NCBI GenBank assembly: GCA_945482615.1
Contig: CALYRG010000002.1
Coordinates: 3,605 to 67,604, forward strand
Length of the DNA: 64,000 nt
Direction: 5' to 3'
Origin: an uncultured Clostridia bacterium
GTDB lineage: Bacteria; Bacillota; Clostridia; Oscillospirales; Oscillospiraceae
The notes under the pieces were generated by a model. It did not search any database, had not been told where the DNA came from, and saw only the letters and a program-made list of their open reading frames with translations. Position 1 is the first letter of the stretch. Each line of letters opens with the position of its first letter. This document shows positions 1 through 9,011 of the stretch, in pieces. Position numbers and translations under genes: made by a program.

Positions 1-707
1 TTCTGGGTAATGGTGCTGGCGGGGCCGTCAAAAACGATCTCACCGGCACGGACGCCGATGACCCGGTCACAGTATTTCAGGGCAAGGTCAACATGGTGGA
101 TGTTCAGCAGAATGGAGATGTTGTACTCCTTGTTGATTCGGACAAAGTCCTCCATGACCTGCTTGGCGGTAATGGGGTCCAGAGAGGCAACCGGCTCGTC
201 GGCCAGAATGATCTTGGGGTTCTGGTTCAGAGTACGCGCCAGGGCAACGCGCTGCTGCTGGCCGCCGGACAACTGGTCGCAGCGGGTATAGGCCTTGTCC
301 AGAATACCCACCTTGTCCAGGCTTTCCAGGGCGCGCATCTTCTGATCCTTGGTGAAGATGCCAAACAGAACCCGGAAGAAGTTCATATCCGGCACATCAG
401 CAGTCAGGACATTCTTAATGGCGGTGCTGCGGGAAACCAGATTGAAGCTCTGGAAGATCATACCCACCTTCCGGCGGTAGCGGCGCAGCTCCTTGCCCTT
501 CAGGGTGCTGACGTTGATGCCGTCTACCGTCAGTTCGCCCTTGGTGACATCGTGCATCCGGTTGATACAGCGCAGAATGGTGGACTTGCCCGCGCCGGAC
601 AGGCCGATGATGGCGACAAATTCCCCCTGCTCGATCTGCAGGTTGATGTTCTTCAGTGCGGTGAAACCGTTGGGATAAGTCTTATATACATTTTTAAATT
701 CAATCAT
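1..707 (-). CDS. phnC: Phosphonate/phosphate-ester ABC transporter ATP-binding protein (3' end runs off the window)
   Basis: Manual translation from the ATG at 707: MIEFKNVYKTYPNGFTALKNINLQIEQGEFVAIIGLSGAGKST (Walker A); later LSGGQQQRVALAR and ILADEPVASLDP; lies downstream of a PhnD-like gene. Confidence 0.85.
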   Translation of the reverse strand, partial: MIEFKNVYKTYPNGFTALKNINLQIEQGEFVAIIGLSGAGKSTILRCINRMHDVTKGELTVDGINVSTLKGKELRRYRRKVGMIFQSFNLVSRSTAIKNVLTADVPDMNFFRVLFGIFTKDQKMRALESLDKVGILDKAYTRCDQLSGGQQQRVALARTLNQNPKIILADEPVASLDPITAKQVMEDFVRINKEYNISILLNIHHVDLALKYCDRVIGVRAGEIVFDGPASTITQ

Positions 708-770
708 ATTAGCGTCTTCCCTTTCTGTAAGCGAAATGGACGGATGCGTAAGTCGCAAAGTCGAAGCTCT

Positions 771-890
771 GCGGAAGGGCGGCTTGCCACCAGCGGTTCT
801 TCGGGTTGATGACAACCCGCCCTGCCGCAGTGTTCCATGAAAACAGCGGTATTTAGGACGAAAGCGCCCTGTTTTGAGGCAGGGCGCTTT
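771..890 (-). terminator. Two intergenic hairpins (771-828 and 861-890) between the binding-protein and ATPase genes
   Basis: aaagcgccctg/cagggcgcttt perfect stem; longer gcggcagggcgg...ccgcccttccgc stem with G-U pairs on the minus strand. Confidence 0.6.
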
Positions 891-905
891 CTGAACTTCA
901 ATGAA

Positions 906-2012
906 TTAGGAAACCAGAGCCAGAGCTGCACGGGCGCCGTCATAATCGGAATCCTGCGCCACAGCGTAGCCGGTATGGCTGTAAACATCAAAGATGGCCT
1001 TACCTTCCTCGGTGTTGATGATGTTGATAAAGCAGTTCTGCAGAGCCTCGATCAGCTCGGGAGTGTAGTACTGACTCTCCTTGGAGATCGCAACGGTATC
1101 GTTGTAGATGCCATCGGTAACGCCAATGACGTTCAGCTCATTCCAGATAGAATCACTGCGGCCCATGCCCTGCTTGCCGGTCTCATCCTGCTGGTCGACG
1201 GGCAGCATCCAGGATGCTTCGTAGTCGTTACGGCCGTCAGCGTAGCAGACAATGATGTCGACCTGCTCAGCAGCGGCGTAGGAGAAAGCAGTGCCGTAGC
1301 CGGAGTCCAGAGGAACAACATTGGACAGGTCAGAGATCTTCTTACCATCGTAGTTCTCCATCAGCCACATAGTGGGATAGATGTAACCTGCGGAGGAAGA
1401 GGTCTTCTGAACAGCCCAGGTAGCCTTGTCCAGGTCCTCCCAGGTCAGAGCCTCACCGGCGTTGACCTTAGCAGCCAGCTCCTGACCGTAAGCGGAGGGA
1501 GTTGCGTAGATCAGAGAACGGTAGTAGGTGACCTGGGGGCCATCCTTTCTGGTGGCGTTCTCTTCGCCGTTCCAGTCAGCGGGGTTCTCGCTGTCGTTGG
1601 ACAGGCCGTTACGGGTAGCCGTCAGAATGACCTCGGTGTCATCGGAGTACAGCGCATAGGTGCCGCCGGGCAGCCAGCCGATGTCGATAGTACCAGCAGA
1701 CATTGCCTCACCGGTGGCATCGTAGCTGGTGCCCACAGTGATATCGACTTCGTCGATGTCATAGCCCAGGTTTGCCATCTCGGCCTTGACCAGCTCGGGC
1801 AGGTTTGCGGTGCCGGCAATGATGACATCAGCGTCCTTGGAGGGAACAAACTCCAGAGTCAGCTTGTCGAAGTGAGGACGCGCAGCCTCGGTCTCAGCGA
1901 CTTCTTCGGCAGCTGCTGCGGCAGTGGTCGCAGGAGTCTCTTCCTTCGCGCCGCAGGCGCCCAAGGACAGGACCAGAACCATTGCCATGATCAGTGCAAG
2001 GATCTTTTTCAT
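906..2012 (-). CDS. phnD: PhnD-family ABC substrate-binding lipoprotein
   Basis: Lipobox LGAC; FVPS, SYDATGEAM..G..D, YRSLI, SSSAGYIYP and IYND motifs typical of PhnD-like proteins. Confidence 0.75.
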   Translation of the reverse strand: MKKILALIMAMVLVLSLGACGAKEETPATTAAAAAEEVAETEAARPHFDKLTLEFVPSKDADVIIAGTANLPELVKAEMANLGYDIDEVDITVGTSYDATGEAMSAGTIDIGWLPGGTYALYSDDTEVILTATRNGLSNDSENPADWNGEENATRKDGPQVTYYRSLIYATPSAYGQELAAKVNAGEALTWEDLDKATWAVQKTSSSAGYIYPTMWLMENYDGKKISDLSNVVPLDSGYGTAFSYAAAEQVDIIVCYADGRNDYEASWMLPVDQQDETGKQGMGRSDSIWNELNVIGVTDGIYNDTVAISKESQYYTPELIEALQNCFINIINTEEGKAIFDVYSHTGYAVAQDSDYDGARAALALVS

Positions 2013-2154
2013 TTTGGATTTCTCCTTTATCTTTTTTATTCACGGTGAAACACCGGGAATTTCGGATCCAGAGGGATACCAAATTGCCCACCACTTAAAT
2101 AATATCACAGTATGTACATTTTTCAAGTATTATAGATACAATTTTTCCTGTTTT

Positions 2155-2880
2155 TTACATAACTGCGTTCTTGACTTTACCGAGGGAGATGTAACCCTTC
2201 AGAACGGCCTCCACATCGGTACCTGCCGGGATCTCGTCCTGTTCCGTCAGCGGGGACCCCTGCCCGGTGAGAGCAACCGCGCCGTCAGGCAGCCTGGTTT
2301 CCGCATAGTTCTCACTGTAAAATTGCATGGGGGCAATGGCACGGTCTGTCAGAATACCCTTCAGCTCACCAGGGGCGACCGCCGGGAAATTCACATTCCA
2401 CACCTCGCCCCGGCCCTGACCGGCTTCCATCAGCTCCCTGATCACGCGCACAAGATACGCCTCGGCAACATCCAGGGGCGCATGCATGGCATTGGAAAAA
2501 GCTATTGCCGGGATGCCGTTCATAACTGCCTCGAAAGCCGCGCCTAGTGTGCCGGAATAGGCAATGTCATAGCCCACATTATAGCCGTCGTTGATACCGG
2601 AGAATACATAGTCCGGCTTCTCCTCCGGCAGATACTGTAACGCAACCTTCACGCAGTCAGCAGGTGTGCCGTCCACCTTGTAGGCCGCTTTCACAGGAAC
2701 CGGAAAATCCTCCACCTTGTGCACCAGCAGATCCCCGTGGATCGTAATCTTCTGGGACATGGCGCTGCACTGATGGGCAGGCGCCACAACCGTAACCTCT
2801 CCCAGCTCCATAGCCGCCTTAGCCAACAGAGCAATACCGGGGGCATGGATGCAGTCATCGTTTACAACCAGAATCTTCAT
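2155..2880 (-). CDS. surE: 5'/3'-nucleotidase SurE
   Basis: ILVVNDD, VVAP, GTPADCV, SGINDGYNVG, YSGTLGAA, NVNFP motifs. Confidence 0.92.
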   Translation of the reverse strand: MKILVVNDDCIHAPGIALLAKAAMELGEVTVVAPAHQCSAMSQKITIHGDLLVHKVEDFPVPVKAAYKVDGTPADCVKVALQYLPEEKPDYVFSGINDGYNVGYDIAYSGTLGAAFEAVMNGIPAIAFSNAMHAPLDVAEAYLVRVIRELMEAGQGRGEVWNVNFPAVAPGELKGILTDRAIAPMQFYSENYAETRLPDGAVALTGQGSPLTEQDEIPAGTDVEAVLKGYISLGKVKNAVM

Positions 2881-3024
2881 ATGTATTTTTCCCCTCTATA
2901 CGCATTTCGCCAATCTTTCCACATTACATCAGCATTATATCGCCAATTACGCAATAATGCAATTATGATGATACAATAATATAAAATTTTGTATACGGTT
3001 CTGGCGCGCCAATCAGAGAATAGA

Positions 3025-3053
3025 TTGATTATTCGTAACGAATAGGATATACT
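3025..3053 (+). promoter_or_regulatory. SigA-type promoter with a palindromic operator in the spacer
   Basis: TTGATT-17 bp-TATACT; perfect palindrome TATTCGT-A-ACGAATA at 3030-3044. Confidence 0.6.
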
Positions 3054-3072
3054 ATACCCAGAGGTGAACGCC

Positions 3073-3612
3073 ATGGAAACACGAATCGGAAATATCATCA
3101 TCGGCTCCTCCGGTGGCACGGCTGGGGGAACTGCCAACAATTATAAAATCGCCCTGCCATCTTCCTGGGTAAGGCAGATGGGGATTTCTCCGGACAGCCG
3201 GCAGGTTGAACTGTCCTTTGACGGCACGACCATTACAATCGCCAGGAAGCAATCCTTGCAGGAATTTCTGGAAGCCAATCGTCATGCCGGACACAAGCTG
3301 TATTTGCTTTGCTGTTATTCCGGCGACACACTTTGCGCCAAAATCGCCGCCGACGAAACAGCGCAGAAAGTTTGTTTGGAGAATCTGGTCACAGACTATC
3401 TGAAGCTCCCCTTCGGGAATAACCAGTTTCCAAGCTGGGAGGACTATCTGCATTTTCTGGAAGACCGCTGCATCCCCCGCAGCAGAGTGGGTCTGCGGGA
3501 ATATCTGGAAGCCATCGGAGTGGACAGCTACGCGCCGTTGGAGATCATCCAGAAAACCCAAGGGCGCATGGCCGAGGATGATCTGTGGCTCACTGTGGAG
3601 GAAATCATATGA
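3073..3612 (+). CDS. AbrB/MazE-like DNA-binding domain fused to a HipA N-terminal (HipS-like) domain; putative antitoxin
   Basis: N-terminal YKIALPSSWVRQMGI..RQVELSFDG (swapped-hairpin pattern); C-terminal FLEDRCIPRSR..LREYL..IG...PLEII.KTQGRMAEDDLWL; GAGGTG RBS. Confidence 0.6.
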   Translation: METRIGNIIIGSSGGTAGGTANNYKIALPSSWVRQMGISPDSRQVELSFDGTTITIARKQSLQEFLEANRHAGHKLYLLCCYSGDTLCAKIAADETAQKVCLENLVTDYLKLPFGNNQFPSWEDYLHFLEDRCIPRSRVGLREYLEAIGVDSYAPLEIIQKTQGRMAEDDLWLTVEEII

Positions 3613-3902
3613 CCGTACAGCTGGTATCTGACAAGAAAATTGCGGAGACATCCTCAAAGGGCAATCAGGAGAAGTGGCGCGACGGCGGCCTCTGGTATAA
3701 GCTGGATCAATTTGGCTATGAGGCGCTGGCAGAGGTTTTCACTTCTCAGCTTCTGGAATGCAGCAACATTGAGACGGCTTTCCCGTTTACCTTCGTGCGC
3801 TACCGCATGGAGCGGCCGCTGATGCATGGCCGGGAGCGTACCGGGTGCAGCAGCGTGAGATTTCTGCAAGAGGGCGAATCCATCATTACCCTTAATCTGT
3901 AA
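3609..3902 (+). pseudogene. Truncated HipA/CtkA-like Ser/Thr kinase (N-lobe only, 97 aa)
   Basis: SSKGNQEKW..WYKLD..GYEALAEVFTSQL..GCSS.RFL..GESIITL; ATGA overlap with the upstream gene; stops before any catalytic loop, where AT-rich DNA begins. Confidence 0.6.
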
Positions 3903-4154
3903 ATACTACAACTTTTTTGCTTGGATAGTAAAGAGGCATTTCTTGTTGGAAATGCGGTTGAAGTCGGCTTTTGCCGAATTACTGGCTTTTCAAACTGTCA
4001 TTGGAAAGAACGTGTATCCCCGGGAACCCGAATTATTAGGGGAATTCCAAACTTTTTCGAGTAATCAGGGGTGCGAAGTTTGAGAGTTTTACATCATCTG
4101 TAAAAACCGAAAATTAAGATAGCACGGATAGTATTTGATAAATGAACAATATAA

Positions 4155-4189
4155 TGCCTCACTGCTGGCTTTAAGCCGGTAGTGAGGCA
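4155..4189. terminator. Hairpin between convergent genes
   Basis: tgcctcactgctggct / agccggtagtgaggca. Confidence 0.6.
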
Positions 4190-4204
4190 CTTGTGTGTCA
4201 ATAT

Positions 4205-4471
4205 TTATCTTTCTTCCATAACTTCCAGCATCATCCGAGCTCCCAGGCGGAAGCTATTCTGGAACAGCATGCATTCTGCCATATCCTGAAATTCCCGTAC
4301 ACTGTCCGAGTACCGCGAGAATAGCTCCCTCTGTGAATCCGTCATGGTGGCATGGAGCTTTTCTTCGTTCCGGCTAATCAACTGAAGGGCTTCCTTGTAT
4401 TCCGCACAGGGATATGTATCATATTCCGTTGGTTCAATATTGCCGTACCATAAATCTTCAAGAATTCTCAT
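4205..4471 (-). CDS. Small mobile-element-associated protein (DUF6809-like)
   Basis: MRILEDLWYGNI.P...F..SFRLGARMMLEV pattern; GGAGG RBS; ATGA overlap with tnpV. Confidence 0.6.
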   Translation of the reverse strand: MRILEDLWYGNIEPTEYDTYPCAEYKEALQLISRNEEKLHATMTDSQRELFSRYSDSVREFQDMAECMLFQNSFRLGARMMLEVMEER

Positions 4472-4827
4472 GTCGCATCCTCCCTGTAGATTAGCTCCTG
4501 GAGTATGATTTCTTCGGCTCTGGCGCGGATGTTGTTCATACTCTGTACCCATACCATTGGGTCGCTGGCTTTCAGCGCTTCCGTGATTCCCTCGACAGCT
4601 TTCATCCGATCGATCATCCGCTCCAGCCTGTTCTGTGCCTGCTCATTCAAGTCAGCGAGATATGTCCACAGCTTGCCGGACAGCAGTAGGCAGTGGTACT
4701 GAATCGGTTTGTGTTCCCTAAGATAGTCCCGGTGCATTCTCCCCCACTTGCCGATGGGGCGGGATTCTTCCGGCAGCGTCAGGTCTGGGATAAAATAATC
4801 ACCCACACGGATATAGTTGATGTTCAT
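4468..4827 (-). CDS. tnpV: TnpV-family protein
   Basis: YIRVGDYFIPDL..IGKWGRMHRDYL..EGITEALKA.DPM.WVQ.MNNIRARAEEII; AAAGGAGG RBS. The real start is 4827, not the 5058 given in the ORF track. Confidence 0.85.
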   Translation of the reverse strand: MNINYIRVGDYFIPDLTLPEESRPIGKWGRMHRDYLREHKPIQYHCLLLSGKLWTYLADLNEQAQNRLERMIDRMKAVEGITEALKASDPMVWVQSMNNIRARAEEIILQELIYREDAT

Positions 4828-4924
4828 GCTCAGTCCTCCTTTACTTTGGTACTGCCATTGTATCGGAGAATGATTGAAATGTCGATTGTACCACAAATCA
4901 CTAATTGAAGGCAAAATATACAGT

Positions 4925-5116
4925 AAAAAACAAGAAAGCCCTGAGAAATTCAAACTTCTCAGGGCTATAAAAATGTGGTACTCCTCTACTCGCTCACACA
5001 TGGGCCAATAGCGCAATACTACATGGCGCTTTTTTCGATTCATTACCCATAACAACATGGCCCCCTGACCTGCTTAGTAAGGGTATTATAGCAGGTCAAG
5101 GGGCTTTCGTCGATAG
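4925..5116 (-). repeat. Boundary unit copy 1 (promoter-in-inverted-repeat, LAHV mini-ORF, dyad, terminator)
   Basis: TCGACG (5113-5108)-17 bp-TATAAT (5090-5085); IR arms 5060-5074 and 5090-5104; dyad 4973-5024; terminator stem 4937-4966 with U-tract. Confidence 0.8.
4994..5050 (-). CDS. 18-aa mini-ORF MGNESKKAPCSIALLAHV
   Basis: Manual translation; AGGGGG RBS; same length and register as the copies at 13.6 and 20.1 kb. Confidence 0.6.
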   Translation of the reverse strand: MGNESKKAPCSIALLAHV

Positions 5117-5199
5117 AATTTATGGAATTTGGGATAAAATGTAGTCCTGCCCGCCCGCAGAGAACATCTTATTGCGGAAGATTCGGATATATATCCGGT

Positions 5200-6216
5200 T
5201 TATTTTCCATAACCAGCAGGATTCTTTCTCTGCCAGTTCCAGGAATCACGGCACATATCCATCAGATTCTTTTCAGCCTTCCAGCCCAGAACCTCTGCAC
5301 TCTTGGCAGGATCTGCATAGCAGGTTGCGATATCGCCGGGACGGCGGTCAACGATCTTATAGGGCAGCTCCAGTCCATTCGCTTCATTGAAAGCCTTCAC
5401 CATATCCAGCACGGAATAGCCAGTGCCGGTGCCCAGATTGAACACTTCACAGCCCTTGTGTTCGTCAACATACTTAACGGCTGCCACATGACCTTTTGCC
5501 AGATCCACCACATGAATGTAGTCCCGGACGCCGGTGCCGTCATGGGTGTCGTAGTCATTGCCGTATACACTCAGGAACTCACGGCGGCCCACAGCAACCT
5601 GGGTAATGTAGGGCATCAGATTGTTGGGAATACCTCTGGGGTCTTCACCGATATCGCCGCTTTCATGGGCACCAATGGGGTTGAAATAACGCAGCAGCAC
5701 AATGCCCCATTCCTTGTCCGCAAAAGCCATACCGGAAAGGATCTGCTCAGTCATATACTTGGTCCAGCCATAGGGGTTGGTACAACCACCAGTCCGGGAA
5801 GTTTCCCGCAAGGGCATCTCATTGTCAGCAGTATACACGGTAGCAGAGGAAGAGAAGATGATGTTCTTCATTCCAACTTCTTCCATAACCTTCGTCAGCA
5901 CCAAAGTGGAATTCAGATTGTTATCATAATACTTCCAGGGGATGGCCACAGATTCGCCAACAGCCTTCAGACCGGCAAAGTGGATCACGCAGCCGATTTC
6001 GTTCTCCGCAAAAATCTTACGCAGCAGCGCCTCATCCCGGACATCGCCCTCGTAAAACTTCAGGGTCTTGCCGGTGAGCTTCTGCACACGGTTTAAGCTC
6101 TCGGCATTGGAATTGCACAGATTGTCAATGACCACAACGCCGTAGCCGCTTTCCAACAGTTCTACACAAGTGTGGGAGCCAATGTATCCCGCACCACCAG
6201 TAACCAATACATTCAT
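5200..6216 (-). CDS. galE: UDP-glucose 4-epimerase
   Basis: TGGAGYIGSH, HFAGLKAVGES, YGWTK, LRYFNP, GVRDYIHV. Confidence 0.97.
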   Translation of the reverse strand: MNVLVTGGAGYIGSHTCVELLESGYGVVVIDNLCNSNAESLNRVQKLTGKTLKFYEGDVRDEALLRKIFAENEIGCVIHFAGLKAVGESVAIPWKYYDNNLNSTLVLTKVMEEVGMKNIIFSSSATVYTADNEMPLRETSRTGGCTNPYGWTKYMTEQILSGMAFADKEWGIVLLRYFNPIGAHESGDIGEDPRGIPNNLMPYITQVAVGRREFLSVYGNDYDTHDGTGVRDYIHVVDLAKGHVAAVKYVDEHKGCEVFNLGTGTGYSVLDMVKAFNEANGLELPYKIVDRRPGDIATCYADPAKSAEVLGWKAEKNLMDMCRDSWNWQRKNPAGYGK

Positions 6217-6220
6217 CTTA

Positions 6221-7723
6221 TTACGCCTCCTGGTTTACATAATCAACAAACTTCTGGAATGCTGCTTTGCCCTCGGGGGTGTTTTTATAAACACCGGCAT
6301 CTTCCAGAACCCCAGCAAATACCTTACCAGTCTCCTGCAGGATGATATCCAGCGCATTGTCTTCCGTAAAGGTATACTGCTTTTTCAGTTCCTCCACCCA
6401 AGGAGCGTGCTTGCTCAGAACTTCATCAGCGGCGATATCCCTGCCTGCCACGACAGCATCTGCCAGATCATGCAGTTCCTTCTTCAGACGGCTGGGCAAA
6501 ACAGCCAGACCCATGACTTCAATAAGGCCGATGTTTTCCTTCTTGATGTGGTGCTTGTCCGCATGAGGATGGAACACACCCAGAGGATGTTCAGCGGTGG
6601 TGATATTGCAGCGCAGAACCAGGTCCAGTTCATATAGATCGGAGCGGCGGCGAGCAATGGGAGTGATGGTGTTGTGGGGTTCCCCATCGGAGAACGCAAT
6701 GATGCTGGAATCCAGATCGGAATAGCCACGCCATGCGGTGAGGATCTTGTCCGCCAGATCTGCGATCCGCTGGGGATCCCGACCATTCAGACGAATAACA
6801 CTCATGGGCCACTTGACGATACCGGCATGGATGTCTTCATAACCCTTGAAGGAGATTTCCTTCTCAATACCGGCAGATTCCATTGCAAAGCGGTAATGAC
6901 CGCCCTGGAAGTGCTCATGGCTCAGAATAGAGCCGCCAACAATGGGCAGGTCGGCATTGGAGCCCACAAAGTAATGAGGGAAGGTCTTGACAAAGTCCAG
7001 CAGCTTTTCAAATGCGGACTTATCGATCTTCATGGGAATATGCTTGGAATTGAAAACGATGCAATGCTCGTTGTAGTAAACATAGGGGCTGTACTGCAGG
7101 CACCAGGGCTGATCGCAGACGGCAATCGGCACGATCCGATGATTGGCACGGGCGGGATGGTTCATCCGTCCTGCATAACCCTCATTCTCCACACACAGCT
7201 GGCACTTGGGGTAAGCAGACTGGGGGGCGTTCTTGGCAGCAGCAATGGCTTTAGGGTCCTTCTCGGGTTTGCTCAGATTGATGGTGATATCCAGCTCGCC
7301 ATATTCGCTCTTATACTTCCAGCGCATATCCTTCTTGATGCGATAACGGCGGATGTAGTCGGTGTCACAGGAGAATTTATAATACCAGTCAGTAGCATCA
7401 ACTGGAGACAAGGCATACTTTTCCCGGAAGGTATGGATCACTTCCCTGGGCATGGGAGTAATTGCACCCATGATTCGGGTATCGAAAATATCCCTGGCAG
7501 TGATGCCGTCATCACAGATACCCTTGGCAACTGCATAGTCCAGAATGCCTGCCAGAATCTCTTCCAGATCCTCGCTCTGGGTTTCATTGGAGGGTTCATA
7601 ATCATCTTTGCGGAGAATATCCAGCAGACGGTTGGTCAGCACCTGATGATCCAACGGGTCTGCCAGACCGGTGTTCATGGCATAGGAGACCAGAGAATCA
7701 ATGTAGGTTTCGATTTTCATCAC
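6221..7723 (-). CDS. galT: Galactose-1-phosphate uridylyltransferase (Firmicutes type II)
   Basis: ITINLSKPEKDPK, YPKCQLC.ENEGY, ADLPIVGGSILSHEHFQGG, HHIKKENIGLIEVMG. Confidence 0.95.
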   Translation of the reverse strand: MMKIETYIDSLVSYAMNTGLADPLDHQVLTNRLLDILRKDDYEPSNETQSEDLEEILAGILDYAVAKGICDDGITARDIFDTRIMGAITPMPREVIHTFREKYALSPVDATDWYYKFSCDTDYIRRYRIKKDMRWKYKSEYGELDITINLSKPEKDPKAIAAAKNAPQSAYPKCQLCVENEGYAGRMNHPARANHRIVPIAVCDQPWCLQYSPYVYYNEHCIVFNSKHIPMKIDKSAFEKLLDFVKTFPHYFVGSNADLPIVGGSILSHEHFQGGHYRFAMESAGIEKEISFKGYEDIHAGIVKWPMSVIRLNGRDPQRIADLADKILTAWRGYSDLDSSIIAFSDGEPHNTITPIARRRSDLYELDLVLRCNITTAEHPLGVFHPHADKHHIKKENIGLIEVMGLAVLPSRLKKELHDLADAVVAGRDIAADEVLSKHAPWVEELKKQYTFTEDNALDIILQETGKVFAGVLEDAGVYKNTPEGKAAFQKFVDYVNQEA

Positions 7724-8934
7724 TCTACCTCCATCTCAACACCGCCCTGCGGACGAATGGAAAGTACATAGCAGGAACCTTCACCCAGAACAGACTCGAT
7801 ACCGTTCTTAAAATATTCCAGCAGATCATTAGGAACGAAAGCCTGGATTGTTCCCGCAAAACCGCCGCCATGGACACGGCAGGCACCCCGTCCATTCAGC
7901 AGCTTTTCTGCGATGGTCAGCGCAAAGGCAACCTCCTGCTTTTCCTTTCTGCCCGCAGGAATGACATTCTGCAGATGCCGCCAGGAAGACAGACCGGATT
8001 CCGTCACATAGGACAGGAAAGAAGCAAAGTCACCGGCTTGCAGAGCCTTCTTCTGCAGTTTCACTCGTTGATTCTCATCGTAAATGTGAATGGCGCGAAG
8101 TACTGCCCGGTCACCGACTTCTTTACGCAGTCTCTGGATATTGCTGTAAAAATCCATCTTGGAAATAGAGCGCAGCTCGCCTTCACCCAGAATATTGCAC
8201 AGAGCCTTCAGCTCACCGGGTACTGCTGCGTATTCATCCGTCAGATCCGCATGATCTGCACCGGTATCAATGATGCACAGTGCATGCTCCGCAGAAGCAA
8301 AATCAAAGTCAATCTTTTCTACCACAGGCGCCTGAGGATCCTTAAAGTCAATGAATACCATAGCACCGACAGAAGATGCCATCTGATCCATCAGACCGCA
8401 TGGCTTACCAAAAAAGACATTTTCTGCGTACTGACCAACCTGAGCAATTTCAATTGCGGACAGCTTCTTGTCAAAGAATAAGCAGTTGATAATGGTACCG
8501 ATCAGCACTTCGTAAGCAGCAGAAGAGGAAAGGCCGGAGCCGGGCAGAACGGTGGACTCGCAGTAGGCATCGAAGCCTTCCACCTTGCAGCCCAGCTGGG
8601 CAAAACGAGCGGCAACACCCCGGATCAGGGCGGGAGTGGAATTGATCTCAGACTCCACAGGTGTCAGGTTGTCAAGATCCACCACACTCATGGGATAGCC
8701 TTTGGACTGAATGCGGATGATATTGGTTCCATTGGCCCGAACTGCAGCCACGGTATCCAGATTGACGGCAGCGGCCAGCACCCGGCCACGCTGATGGTCG
8801 GTGTGATTACCGCCTATTTCGGTGCGTCCGGGAGCGGAGAAATAACGCGCAGGGCTCCCCTCAAAAGCAGCAGCGAAGCCGGCATCCAGCGCTGTCTTCA
8901 CCTGAGGCGCCAGAATCAATGCGGGAATGGACAT
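7720..8934 (-). CDS. galK: Galactokinase
   Basis: APGRTEIGGNHTDHQ, PGSGLSSSAA, CGLMDQ, RVHGGGFAG. Confidence 0.93.
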   Translation of the reverse strand: MSIPALILAPQVKTALDAGFAAAFEGSPARYFSAPGRTEIGGNHTDHQRGRVLAAAVNLDTVAAVRANGTNIIRIQSKGYPMSVVDLDNLTPVESEINSTPALIRGVAARFAQLGCKVEGFDAYCESTVLPGSGLSSSAAYEVLIGTIINCLFFDKKLSAIEIAQVGQYAENVFFGKPCGLMDQMASSVGAMVFIDFKDPQAPVVEKIDFDFASAEHALCIIDTGADHADLTDEYAAVPGELKALCNILGEGELRSISKMDFYSNIQRLRKEVGDRAVLRAIHIYDENQRVKLQKKALQAGDFASFLSYVTESGLSSWRHLQNVIPAGRKEKQEVAFALTIAEKLLNGRGACRVHGGGFAGTIQAFVPNDLLEYFKNGIESVLGEGSCYVLSIRPQGGVEMEVE

Positions 8935-9011
8935 CAGGTTTTCCCCCTCACAAATAAGATAGTAAACTGATAAATAATCCCCTGATGCGAATCGCACCAG
9001 GGGATGCTTTG

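Noticed and set aside
4994-4996. Selenocysteine or read-through at the TGA after LAHV
   Set aside because: Copy 2 has a second in-frame TGA four codons later and the downstream variation is non-synonymous; no support for recoding
4828-5058. N-terminal extension of TnpV in the ORF track
   Set aside because: It runs through a terminator and a promoter; a strong RBS marks the start at 4827
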